A stretch of 64,000 bases of DNA, taken from a bacterium. GTDB taxonomy: Bacteria; Bdellovibrionota_C; UBA2361; CALJRW01. The notes beneath the pieces are model-generated. The model worked only from the letters and a program-made list of their open reading frames with translations. It ran no database searches and was not told the origin of the DNA. The position numbers and the translations under genes are program-made. Where the stretch lies: positions 32,001-96,000 of the forward strand of contig JANNBC010000013.1 of assembly GCA_031385045.1 (NCBI GenBank), written 5' to 3'. Position 1 is the stretch's first letter. Each line of letters starts with the position of its first letter. Below, piece by piece: positions 46,112-55,869 of this stretch.

Positions 46112-46900
46112 TTACCTCCATGATTCTGAATTACTAATTTTTAATATTCCAATAAATCCACAAGATACTAAAGAAAGGGCTAGAATTAATAACTTCATAC
46201 CAATAGGATTTGCCCAGGCATTCAGTAAAGTCTGATAAGAAGCAACTACCTGAACACTAAACATGGCGACAACCGCTATCAAAATTCCAAAAGCAGATAA
46301 TTTTTGCATCGCAACAGCCGTATTGGTTTTACGACGAAATGATTGTCTGGCTCGAACAACCCGAGCAATTCTATGAAGACAAAAAGATAAAGATGCCCCT
46401 TGCTGCCTTGATAGAAGATAAGCATCTTTAAATAAAATCAAATCAGGGTGTTGGATTTCTGAAGCAAAAGACTTAATCGCTTGATCTTCAGCAATACCTG
46501 AGCTTACTTGCTGTCGAAAGCTTTCAATTGCTTCAGCAATTGGAGTATTATTAGCAAATAGATCTTTACTTTGAAGTAAAGCGGCAAGCGGGTCTAAACC
46601 ACACTTCATGCTTGATGATAATGAAATTAAGAAGGTAGGGTAGTCACGCTCAAAAGCATTTAATTGTAACTTAGAGCGACGAACCTTCGCCTGTTTTTTA
46701 ATTATTAAGTAAATTGGGTAAGCCAAAATCAGAAACTTATTAATTAATCCAAGAACAAAGATGAGTAATATTAAAAATAAATTATTCCAATATTTTCTGT
46801 TTTTAAGTTTTTCCTTAGGAACAGCATCAGGATTTTTTTGAATTGGATTTAATAAACGTTGATACCGAGACTCTGCTGAGTTGATGAAAAATTTGCTCAT
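46112..46900 (-). CDS. tadB: Tad pilus inner-membrane platform TadB
   Basis: FERDYPTFL..LSSSMKCG, QQGASL, R.RQSFRRK; follows cpaF. Confidence 0.83.
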   Translation of the reverse strand: MSKFFINSAESRYQRLLNPIQKNPDAVPKEKLKNRKYWNNLFLILLIFVLGLINKFLILAYPIYLIIKKQAKVRRSKLQLNAFERDYPTFLISLSSSMKCGLDPLAALLQSKDLFANNTPIAEAIESFRQQVSSGIAEDQAIKSFASEIQHPDLILFKDAYLLSRQQGASLSFCLHRIARVVRARQSFRRKTNTAVAMQKLSAFGILIAVVAMFSVQVVASYQTLLNAWANPIGMKLLILALSLVSCGFIGILKISNSESWR

Positions 46901-48228
46901 TGTATTTCTCTAATTACTTGGGCTTCTGGTATCTCTAGTTCACTTGGAAGACTAACAAGACTAAAAGTTGGCATTATCTCAGCTAGCTCCTCTTGGTAAC
47001 GGCTTACACGATTAGGAATCTGCCAAACTGGCCGACCTAAATTATTCTGATATTTAAAAATAGTTGTTTGGCGAATAACTTGATCTGCATGACCACAAAT
47101 TTCTCGAACTTCAACGATTCGTCTTTTACCTGAGAACTTACAGACATTTAGATAGACAATTGCTTGGATTGAATTTGCTAATTGTTTTGAAATAACATCT
47201 TTGGTTGCACCTTTTTGAACTCTCCCAAGAAAAAGTTCCAGGCGAGCTAAGGCGTCCCTAGCACTTCTTGCATGAACAGTTGATAATCCAGGATGTCCCG
47301 AGGCACATACATCAACAAAAGCTTCGGCCGATTCAGCATCTCGAATCTCCCCAAAAACTATCCGATTCATAGCCATTCTCATTCCCGCTCGAATACACTC
47401 GGAAGGAGATATTCTTCCCTCACCCTCAGTATTTACTCCTCTGGTTCTGATATAACGAACATGAGGATGAGCCAATTGAATTTCTGGAGTGTCTTCAATG
47501 ACAAGAATAGATTCTTCGCTGGGAACACAAGCGGCTAAAGCACGAGCAAGAGTTGTCTTACCACTACCAACTTCACCTGCAATCATGACTGTTTGCCCGG
47601 CTTGAATCATCGTTCGCAAATAATCCATGACTCCAGAAGGCGCCAGACCAAACTCAATTAAATCCTTTACAGTAATCTGTGCGTGGCGATTAATTCGAAT
47701 TGTTAGATATGGGCCTTGCTCGCAAAGACTCGTGTGCACAGCATGAACCCTAGCCCAAGCCGAATACATTGCGTCGATAATTGGAATTTTATGTGAATAA
47801 CTAACCCCACTTTTATTTAAAATTCTCTCAACAAAAGCCTGATAATTTTCGGGGCTTGGGAATGATAATCCTGTTTTATAATTTTTGCGTCCCTTTTGGA
47901 TCTCAATCTTATCGTAAGCAAAAACAATAATATCATTAATCTCTGAATCGTCGACAAGCTCCTGCAGGATTCCAAATGGCCGATTATTTTTTTCAAAATA
48001 GGCTAATAACTGATCAAGCTCAAATGCACTAAGCGATAGCCCTGTCTGTTGAGCAACTGAGTCAACTAAATTTCGTATTTCTTTAAAACTGACACCTTCC
48101 GCATCTGAGATTAAAGAGAGCTCTCTCTGCACAAGTTGTAAAACCTGAACAAGTGCTGGTGAAAGTACTCGCTGAGATTCCATTAAAAAACGCTCTGGTT
48201 CATTTGGTCTCATTTTAACTCCCAACAA
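46897..48228 (-). CDS. cpaF: Tad pilus assembly ATPase CpaF/TadA
   Basis: GEVGSGKTT, IEDTPEI, RIVFGEIR, SGHPGLSTVHA. Confidence 0.95.
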   Translation of the reverse strand: MLGVKMRPNEPERFLMESQRVLSPALVQVLQLVQRELSLISDAEGVSFKEIRNLVDSVAQQTGLSLSAFELDQLLAYFEKNNRPFGILQELVDDSEINDIIVFAYDKIEIQKGRKNYKTGLSFPSPENYQAFVERILNKSGVSYSHKIPIIDAMYSAWARVHAVHTSLCEQGPYLTIRINRHAQITVKDLIEFGLAPSGVMDYLRTMIQAGQTVMIAGEVGSGKTTLARALAACVPSEESILVIEDTPEIQLAHPHVRYIRTRGVNTEGEGRISPSECIRAGMRMAMNRIVFGEIRDAESAEAFVDVCASGHPGLSTVHARSARDALARLELFLGRVQKGATKDVISKQLANSIQAIVYLNVCKFSGKRRIVEVREICGHADQVIRQTTIFKYQNNLGRPVWQIPNRVSRYQEELAEIMPTFSLVSLPSELEIPEAQVIREIQ

Positions 48229-49090
48229 AAAATCCTTGCGGACGCTCTGGTGTTTTTAACCATTTTCCATTTACAAAAACATACTTTCCTTGATCTTTCT
48301 CGTCGTGAACCTCTAAATAGCCCTGCACATCCGAGACCTCTTCCGTACTAACGTTTCGTTGCATTAAATTATCAGCTGTTAAAATTGGATTTTGCCAATC
48401 ATCTTGATCGTTAAAACTACGAAGTGCAAAAGCAATCTTACCTCTAGGAATCGCAGTATTAATTTTTAGACATTGTTCTTGGGTCACAAGTAAAGTCACC
48501 GTACTAGGAACATTTGGAGCAACTTGTCCCTCAACTGGAGCAACAGAACGCTCGGAAGAAAGAATTTTAACATGTTCAGCAATAACAATTGTCTTTGCCT
48601 TATCAACTAAAAGCACATCTACAATCGATCCTGATCCAGCCCACCCCTCAACTGCACTCGTGGCATCAACCTTAATCGTCATCGCACGCATTCCAGCTGG
48701 AATACTTTCAATCACTGGATTTAAACTACTCCCAGAGGTTGTGAAATTATCTCGAAAAAGTGGGGTCTTTGCGGGCAAGCTTACTAAAGTTTCTAATCCC
48801 TCTAGTTCCTTAGAATTTAAAATTGCCATATCGGGCAATTGATGTTTAGGATATTTTATTTTTTCTAAAATAATTTTTTGAAATGGGGTGCCCGCAGCAA
48901 CCATCTTTGCGGGAACAGGAACATCAACCGTATCGTACTCAGCAACATAGACTGGCTGAGGCTCTTTAAAGTTTTGCTTTTGCTTTGCAACAATCACAAT
49001 GCTTAGAGCAAGTAAGCCTGAGATGACTATTCCGATTAGTGGAACATAGCTACTCCGAACAGTTTTATTGACATGGCTAATTCTTTGCAT
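48215..49090 (-). CDS. cpaB: Flp pilus assembly protein CpaB/RcpC
   Basis: TM, SAF-like domain, IPAGMRAMTIKVD, GSIVDVL, TVTLLVT, FALRS. Confidence 0.92.
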   Translation of the reverse strand: MQRISHVNKTVRSSYVPLIGIVISGLLALSIVIVAKQKQNFKEPQPVYVAEYDTVDVPVPAKMVAAGTPFQKIILEKIKYPKHQLPDMAILNSKELEGLETLVSLPAKTPLFRDNFTTSGSSLNPVIESIPAGMRAMTIKVDATSAVEGWAGSGSIVDVLLVDKAKTIVIAEHVKILSSERSVAPVEGQVAPNVPSTVTLLVTQEQCLKINTAIPRGKIAFALRSFNDQDDWQNPILTADNLMQRNVSTEEVSDVQGYLEVHDEKDQGKYVFVNGKWLKTPERPQGFFVGS

Positions 49091-49099
49091 AGTAGAACT

Positions 49100-49300
49100 C
49101 TAAGGATTTAATTGATCGTCAATGATAACTGCCTGACCCTGAGCCCATGTACCGATACTATTTAACATGCCAGCAACTCCATTTCCCAAATTACCCATTG
49201 CTAGCCACAGTACTGTCGCAACAATGGCAGCACCGGCACTATACTCAAGTAGAGCATAACCTTTTTTGTTATCAACTTTTCTTTTCATTTTCTTCTCCAA
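49100..49300 (-). CDS. flp: Flp family type IVc pilin
   Basis: 66 aa; KKG|YALLEY followed by a hydrophobic helix; RBS GGAG. Confidence 0.85.
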   Translation of the reverse strand: MEKKMKRKVDNKKGYALLEYSAGAAIVATVLWLAMGNLGNGVAGMLNSIGTWAQGQAVIIDDQLNP

Positions 49301-49383
49301 AATTTCTCAACCATTTGTTAAGAATTAAAAATCTTTTTCACGCTACTTCCTATCCAATGAACAGGATGAACTTACTTACGTTT

Positions 49384-50736
49384 TTAAATATTTGCTGAAT
49401 CAATTATCCTTGGGAGCTCGATCAGCTTCGGCTCAACTAATAGTTCTCTTTTCCATGTTATTTGCTTCTGCCAAGTGCTCCAAAACCTAAACATTTTATT
49501 CCAAACAAGCTGTAGTGATAGCAAAAGATGTTCTCTTCTTTTAATTTGAGAAATAGGTTGATCACTCAAAATTTCGGCACAAATTTTGAGTGCCTGCCGA
49601 TTCTTTAATCCACCAAGACTATGAAATGTCTGACCAGAAGCTGGCCAACAAGAACCATTGGAATGGTGAATTAAACTTTGACCAATCCAAGCACTTTGCT
49701 CGTTAATCAGTTGTGAATTTATATGAGAGCGTACGCTCGCTGAGCTAAGGCCGTTACTGCTCAAGCGATTCTCCAATAATAATACTTCTTGATTCTTACC
49801 TAACTTTGACCAAGCAAGTTTTAATTTTATAATTGTCGAGAAACAACTTGCAGGATCATTAGAAACTACCAAAATCAACTTTGAGCAACAGCGGTACCAA
49901 ATATTTGAATCTGGAGTTCTAAGTGAAGATGCATCAACTAGAATAAAGTCGAATTCATTACTAGCTAAATCTAAAAGCTGAGCTAATGTTTTTAGATTTT
50001 TAGAACTCGTTTGATTTTGATAATCATCAAAATTTGCCGGAGGTAGCACAAAAAACTCACTACCAATGAAAACAGAAGAAAGGCAATCGTAAAAATTTTC
50101 TTTAGTTAAAGGCTTTGTGCCTTTTAATACTTCACTTAAGTTCTCATTATAATATGGTCGGGCTTGGAGATAGCGACTTAAATCTTGACTGTCAGAATCT
50201 AAATCAATTAAAAGTATTTTTTTTCCAGTAGTTGCTAATGACTCAGCAAGTCCTGCAGAGATTGTTGTAACACCCTGACCACCCTTAGCACTGTCAATTA
50301 AAACAATCTTTCCTTTTGACCCAGTGACAACTCTCTTAGAAAGAATGATTAGCTTTGTCACAACTTCAAATGCATCTGTGTCATAAGATATTAAATCATC
50401 AGCCCCCAGTCTCGCCAAAGATTCAATTTGGAAAAGCGACCGTGCTCGTTGCCGATCTACAGCAATGATAATGGCAATGTGGGAAGCTTTATCCTTAATA
50501 GTTTTTAACAATCCAGGATCTTGAGTAATTAATTCTTCTCCAACAATATACAGATCCGCAGGTTGATGATAATTGATCTCTTCAGGCGTTAAGGTGTTTA
50601 AGCTAAGATTTGGAACAAACGCTTCTTCCAGAGAACTTAAACCTTCTAAGCTCTGCAAGCTTTCAGAAATCTTCCGATACCAGGAATGTCTGCTGGTGGC
50701 TGAAGAGTCGAGAATAAGGACGTTAAGCATAAGCAA
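49384..50736 (-). CDS. cpaE: CpaE/TadZ-like pilus localisation protein (degenerate receiver plus MinD/ParA-like domain)
   Basis: SAKGGQGVTT deviant Walker A, LLIDLD, FDFILVD; first gene of the Tad operon. Confidence 0.82.
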   Translation of the reverse strand: MLMLNVLILDSSATSRHSWYRKISESLQSLEGLSSLEEAFVPNLSLNTLTPEEINYHQPADLYIVGEELITQDPGLLKTIKDKASHIAIIIAVDRQRARSLFQIESLARLGADDLISYDTDAFEVVTKLIILSKRVVTGSKGKIVLIDSAKGGQGVTTISAGLAESLATTGKKILLIDLDSDSQDLSRYLQARPYYNENLSEVLKGTKPLTKENFYDCLSSVFIGSEFFVLPPANFDDYQNQTSSKNLKTLAQLLDLASNEFDFILVDASSLRTPDSNIWYRCCSKLILVVSNDPASCFSTIIKLKLAWSKLGKNQEVLLLENRLSSNGLSSASVRSHINSQLINEQSAWIGQSLIHHSNGSCWPASGQTFHSLGGLKNRQALKICAEILSDQPISQIKRREHLLLSLQLVWNKMFRFWSTWQKQITWKRELLVEPKLIELPRIIDSANI

Positions 50737-50801
50737 AGTTCTTTGATTTGCTTAATAAGCGTTCTAAATACTAATAAGTTTCCTAAAGATATAAATTTTT
50801 A

Positions 50802-51017
50802 TATACTAAAACCCATTGGGTTTTTCTTAACAGCTTGGAAAAAATCTAATAGATTTTTCGGTATTTTGGGTTCTAGTATATTTGTCTTCCCCAGTATTTA
50901 GCCTTATAGAATAAGGCTAAATACCTTAGCGGCCCCCAAGGGTCGCTTCAAGTGCTTCGCAATTGATATATTAACCGCCTTTAAAATTTTTTGTAATTTT
51001 TAATGTTGCTTAATATA
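50802..51017. repeat. ~215-bp multi-hairpin dispersed element, copy 2
   Basis: TATACTAAAACCCA/TGGGTTCTAGTATA, perfect 14-bp GTATTTAGCCTTAT/ATAAGGCTAAATAC, AGCGGCCC/GGGTCGCT, TATATTAA/TTAATATA. Colinear with 3840-4053. Confidence 0.8.
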
Positions 51018-51046
51018 ATCCCCTAATTAATTTTTATTCTTAGAAA

Positions 51047-52018
51047 ATGTTAAAGAAGTTATTTATTTCACCTGAGGCCAGTCTCTACCAATCCCTAGAA
51101 CATTCTAATGATTTCTTAAGTACCTATATTTTTTCCTCTCCTGAAAGTCAGGCAATCTGTAACAATCCATTAGTCTTTGGGATGGAATATACAGAAAAGC
51201 TAAAGAGTGCTTGTGCTAAGACCTTTAGCAAATTAAAAGATCTAAGACTTGCTAACTTTCTAGAGCATCAAGTTGTTGTGCTAAACATTTTGCGTGGTGG
51301 ATTAAATTTTGGCTTACGAGATGCGCTTCATCAGTCTCTAGGGTTTAATAAACATTCCTCCATTTTTATTAGTGCCCAAAGACAACAAGCTAAAGATAAT
51401 AGTTGGATTATTACCGAAGATACTTACAAAAAAATTGATTTACATCCTATTAATCACTTAGTTTTTGGGGATGTTGTCGCAACAGGAACAAGTCTTTTCC
51501 ATGGCTTAGATGTTGTCTTTAATTATGCTGCTAGTAAACAACTACAAATTTCTGAAGTAACTTTCTTTACAATTGGCGGACCTAGAACAATTGAAATCTG
51601 TGAAGAACTTTTTCAAAAATATCACTTAACCTTAAAAATTAAGAAAATAAATATTGTCTTCTTGGAAGGAGTCTTTGTTGTTGCTGATAAGGACACTCCA
51701 TATCAAATCAAGATTGATGGAACAGATCTAATCCGACTGGGCGCAACCATGGCACCAGAATTTATTGAGTCTCAAAAAGAAAACCCGCTCTACCCTTTAG
51801 AGCGTTGCACAATCTATGATGCCGGAAGTCGTGCCTACAATGTTCCCGAATACCTTCAGGATGTGATTGAATACTGGGAACAAGTAGAAAAGATTGCCGA
51901 GAAAACTTCGCTTTTACAGTATGTCCAAGAGCGTACAGATCGACAGCTATTTGGCACCAATATCGATCTTAAATCGATCTGTCAGGATCATCTTAAGAAA
52001 TTAAAAAAGTTATTGTAA
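51047..52018 (+). CDS. Type I phosphoribosyltransferase-like protein (UPRT-like)
   Basis: VLNILRGGLNF and PRPP loop LVFGDVVATGTSL. Confidence 0.7.
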   Translation: MLKKLFISPEASLYQSLEHSNDFLSTYIFSSPESQAICNNPLVFGMEYTEKLKSACAKTFSKLKDLRLANFLEHQVVVLNILRGGLNFGLRDALHQSLGFNKHSSIFISAQRQQAKDNSWIITEDTYKKIDLHPINHLVFGDVVATGTSLFHGLDVVFNYAASKQLQISEVTFFTIGGPRTIEICEELFQKYHLTLKIKKINIVFLEGVFVVADKDTPYQIKIDGTDLIRLGATMAPEFIESQKENPLYPLERCTIYDAGSRAYNVPEYLQDVIEYWEQVEKIAEKTSLLQYVQERTDRQLFGTNIDLKSICQDHLKKLKKLL

Positions 52019-52044
52019 GCGCAGCCTGATAAGAGCCGGGTCTA

Positions 52045-53418
52045 CTAAGACAACTTACTAAAGACTTGTTCTCTAAATGCTGGAACTTCTTCTGCTGTTG
52101 GGGTTAAGAACATAAATAAGGAATTTCCAGCAATATGATTATGCCCCCAAGGTAAAACTCCAAAAGAAGTTTTTAAGATTTGCTCGGGATCCGCCAAGCT
52201 TCCTAATTTTTTCACTACTTGATCATAAGTTGTGCCAGCACCTGTTGGATGAGAAAAATAAACAAAGTTTGTTAGCGTTACTTCTCTGCCTGGTTGGTAT
52301 TGTTCAAACCACAATTTGGCCATAGCAGAAGGAGTATTGCCGGTAGGTCTTAATCCGGGATCAAATAAAGTTACTCGTCCATCTGGCAACTCAAAGTAAT
52401 CACACATCACAAAGCCAAAAGTATTCGGATCGTGTCTTTTAATTCCATCAACCAGATCAATAATTGCCGGTCCGATTATTTCTAATCTCTCTTTAGTAAT
52501 TGGTAAATTAATATTACCCGCATAGGAAACTTTATCTGGCCCAATAATTTGATTAGTTAATGCAACGACTTGAATATCGGCACCTTGTTCTAGACTGATA
52601 AAAACTTGAAAGCTCTTATTAACTCCCAGGATTTCTGGTTGTAAAACTATTAACGGTGATAAATTGTGAGCCTTAGTATTAGTGCGAATCTTCTCAACCA
52701 GCGCCTCAAATTCTCTTTGATTCTCAACTCGCCAAACGCCGGCACTGGCGTTCTCTGTATTACAAGTTTTAACATACAAAACTTTTTCACCTCTACCAGA
52801 ATAAGCATCATACTGTTCTTTTGTGACTTCAAAAACATTTAAGATTACTTGCTCTGGGGCATACTTAGTTAGTGTATGAACATGCTCCTTAGAATTACAT
52901 CTAACAAATTGATCCTGACGATTGGCAGTAACATCATCAAACCCAGTTCCATAATCATCAATATTATATACTTGGCGATTTCTTCGAACTAAGTCTTGTT
53001 TTAAGCTAACTAAATCAGAAACATAAATTGGAGAATCTTTGCCAAGAAAACCAGCTGACTGCAAATAGCCAATCGCAGTTAAATCTATTCCTGGATAAAT
53101 TTTTTCCTGACCATCCGATCCACGCTTATGATATTCGGCCGGTAAGTAAACAGAATTTCTTCGCGGGTCAGTAATATAAACAGCGGAGAGTGGCATTACC
53201 AATTCGGCACCAGGCCCATGCAATTCAGAATAACAATTTCTAACACCCTGACGAGTCTCATCAAATTTAGATGTATTAAAAATAAAACTGACATCATATT
53301 TGGCAACCGCTGATAAGAGTCCTTGGTATGTCGGTGCGGTTAATCTGGCAAGCGGGCTTGCTTCTGGGAAAAAGCGAGTGGGAGTATTTCTATTATGCGC
53401 TAAAGGATTCATATACAA
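52045..53418 (-). CDS. Divergent ATP-grasp fold protein
   Basis: NSK, YVKT...SAGVWRV, VLQPEI, GFVMCDYF, LFDPGLRPTG. Confidence 0.65.
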   Translation of the reverse strand: MYMNPLAHNRNTPTRFFPEASPLARLTAPTYQGLLSAVAKYDVSFIFNTSKFDETRQGVRNCYSELHGPGAELVMPLSAVYITDPRRNSVYLPAEYHKRGSDGQEKIYPGIDLTAIGYLQSAGFLGKDSPIYVSDLVSLKQDLVRRNRQVYNIDDYGTGFDDVTANRQDQFVRCNSKEHVHTLTKYAPEQVILNVFEVTKEQYDAYSGRGEKVLYVKTCNTENASAGVWRVENQREFEALVEKIRTNTKAHNLSPLIVLQPEILGVNKSFQVFISLEQGADIQVVALTNQIIGPDKVSYAGNINLPITKERLEIIGPAIIDLVDGIKRHDPNTFGFVMCDYFELPDGRVTLFDPGLRPTGNTPSAMAKLWFEQYQPGREVTLTNFVYFSHPTGAGTTYDQVVKKLGSLADPEQILKTSFGVLPWGHNHIAGNSLFMFLTPTAEEVPAFREQVFSKLS

Positions 53419-53480
53419 CCTAAAGATAAACTCTAGGAACTATATAGATAAACTAACGTTAATCAAGAAGGCTATGGGGC

Positions 53481-54206
53481 TTAAAGACTTTCTAGGAAAC
53501 TCAATATTTGATCAGTAAAATCAATATTTAAACCTTCATGATGGCTATATTCAGGGTGGAATTGAACTAGGATAATTTTAGCAGTTGGATCTTTAGATTC
53601 GAGTATCTCCACAATCCCATCATTAGATTTTGCTACAACTTGAAGGCTTGGGGCAATCTCTCGAACAGCTTGATGATGTCTACTAGCAACTGCTTGAACT
53701 TTTGATGTATTTAATTTTTTAAAAAACCAAGAATCTTGATCAAATTGAATATCATGGTAGTGACTCCTCCAATCTTCATATTCATTATGACGATCGGAAT
53801 TAGTCTGTTCTTTGATATCAAAATATAGTGAGCCACCTAAGCAATAATTTACAAACTGCATTCCACGACAAATTCCAAAGACTGGTTTTTTTAGTTCTAA
53901 GGCTGATTTTAATGATTGATGTTCAATATAATCACGATAATTCTCGGGCCACTTCGTTCGATATTTAATTTTTTCAGCTTCACTTAAAGGATGCCCAAAA
54001 TAACTGGGGTTAATATCGGCACCACCTGCAAATACCAGTAAATCAAAATCACTTAGTTTTTGATGATTATCAATAATAATCTGATTTGCTTGTTCAAGAC
54101 TGTCTGCCCAGGAATCAAAAACTTCCACCTTAGAATTAGTTCTTTCTAACCACTTAGTATAAAGACCTAAGTCATACTCTGATTTAAGTAGTGCTATTTT
54201 TTTCAT
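53481..54206 (-). CDS. Peptidase C26 / gamma-glutamyl-GABA hydrolase-like class I glutamine amidotransferase
   Basis: GGADINP, GICRGMQ, SRHHQAV, VQFHPE. Confidence 0.92.
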   Translation of the reverse strand: MKKIALLKSEYDLGLYTKWLERTNSKVEVFDSWADSLEQANQIIIDNHQKLSDFDLLVFAGGADINPSYFGHPLSEAEKIKYRTKWPENYRDYIEHQSLKSALELKKPVFGICRGMQFVNYCLGGSLYFDIKEQTNSDRHNEYEDWRSHYHDIQFDQDSWFFKKLNTSKVQAVASRHHQAVREIAPSLQVVAKSNDGIVEILESKDPTAKIILVQFHPEYSHHEGLNIDFTDQILSFLESL

Positions 54207-54221
54207 TATTTTAAAGGCCTA

Positions 54222-55679
54222 CTAAAGGATAGTAAAACTTCGCTGTCTTAAAAGTGCCGCATTGTGGATCGACTGGCTAATGAATTGATCGATGGGCTGA
54301 TTTCGATCTTGTCTTAAATCTTCAATTACAGACTGAAAAGAGGGATTGCTTGGATCGAATGGTTCAACCCCAGAGGAACTATGAATTCTACTAAAGACAG
54401 TAAGGTACCGGCTACTTTGCTTGCTACTTAAAGTTACATCCAAAGTCTTACCAGTTTCTTTGGAAATATAGGAAATTGTTTTGCTACCTGCCGGCTCTAA
54501 GACAACATAAACATTATTGGAACTTAAATGTCCATTAGAGGAAGTCTCTCCAAAGGTCGCTCTTAATTGCTTTCTGAGTGCATGCAAGCCTCTTTCAGAA
54601 TTAATTTTACTAATATCTAGAGATGATACTGGAATAGAAAAAGAAGCTAAATAATGAGACTCCAAACCAGATAACAGCTCTGAAGCTTTCAGTGGATCAA
54701 TTACTGTAAGCAATGCGCCTTCATCTAATTTAACAAAATCTTGATAAGACAAGCGTTCAGACTTCGCTACCTTTTTGAATTCATTATAAAGAATCTCCTT
54801 CGCAAGTAAGACATAAGGATTAAAAGTATTAGCTTGGAAATGATTGAAGCGAATGTGAGAAAGGGAGGAAGCTTCTTTATCGGAAAGTGACAAGCCATTT
54901 GATCCAATGGAGACATCATTAATAATGCTATTGAGATGACCAAAGTTGTAGACGGTACAATAGCGCGCCGGATCAGACGATAAGTCACAAGTAAGGTAGG
55001 AGACCCGATCTGCTAATTCTTTTATGTTAAATAAAACATCATAAACAAAGGCTTGCTTGCGTTGCACAAACCATTCTCGGTCTTCGGCAATAACATGAGC
55101 CACAACCTCTGGATCAATTTTATTTTTAAGAAGAGTAGCCCTTAAGGGAGTATCCAAGATTACTTTTTTAGCTTCAGGATCGTGATCAAAATCTTTTCTC
55201 TGAAAAGCAATTCGAATAATTTTCTCGCCAGTATGATTAAATGGTGGATGAGCAATGTCATGAAGCAGCGCTGTAGTGACAGCCAACTTCGTTAAATCAT
55301 AACCAACATTCCGAAAACGATCCTCAGCTTCTTGCGAGACTGAATATTCTGCAAAAAACTTAGCGCAAGCTGCCGCCTGAATTGAATGGAGGTGTCGACT
55401 TGAGGTTTGAAAAGCATTACCTCTAGTAAATTTGGCAATCATCTGAGATACGCCAGTCAACCTTTGAAACTCAGCACTCTGAACTATTTCACCTACTGGC
55501 TCACCAAGATATTTAGTAAAAAATTCGATACTTCTTGGAGATAAGTTTGTGGTTAGGGATTTTGGATTAAAATTAGTGTCTAAATGGAACAAACCGCGGA
55601 GAATATGAAGACTTTCAGATTTAGCAGATAAACGCTCAAACTGTTCCAGTACTCTTACATTATCTCCGTGTTTAATCAT
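54222..55679 (-). CDS. HD-domain dNTP triphosphohydrolase-like protein (SAMHD1/YdhJ type)
   Basis: FQRLTGVSQ, SRHLHS, LLHDIAHPPFNH, ADRVSYLTCD. Confidence 0.82.
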   Translation of the reverse strand: MIKHGDNVRVLEQFERLSAKSESLHILRGLFHLDTNFNPKSLTTNLSPRSIEFFTKYLGEPVGEIVQSAEFQRLTGVSQMIAKFTRGNAFQTSSRHLHSIQAAACAKFFAEYSVSQEAEDRFRNVGYDLTKLAVTTALLHDIAHPPFNHTGEKIIRIAFQRKDFDHDPEAKKVILDTPLRATLLKNKIDPEVVAHVIAEDREWFVQRKQAFVYDVLFNIKELADRVSYLTCDLSSDPARYCTVYNFGHLNSIINDVSIGSNGLSLSDKEASSLSHIRFNHFQANTFNPYVLLAKEILYNEFKKVAKSERLSYQDFVKLDEGALLTVIDPLKASELLSGLESHYLASFSIPVSSLDISKINSERGLHALRKQLRATFGETSSNGHLSSNNVYVVLEPAGSKTISYISKETGKTLDVTLSSKQSSRYLTVFSRIHSSSGVEPFDPSNPSFQSVIEDLRQDRNQPIDQFISQSIHNAALLRQRSFTIL

Positions 55680-55869
55680 AAATTAACCGAATTTTAAATG
55701 TAATTAAATTTGTACATTAATTTGGCATTTATGCAAATCATACATCTGATATAAGTTAGTTATTATTGAAGTACAAAGGTTCAAATGCTGACCAAACAAC
55801 TGATATCAAGAGCGCTAACTTGATGAGCGATCTACTTTAACGTTAAGAAAAAATTGGCAACCTCGTTTT

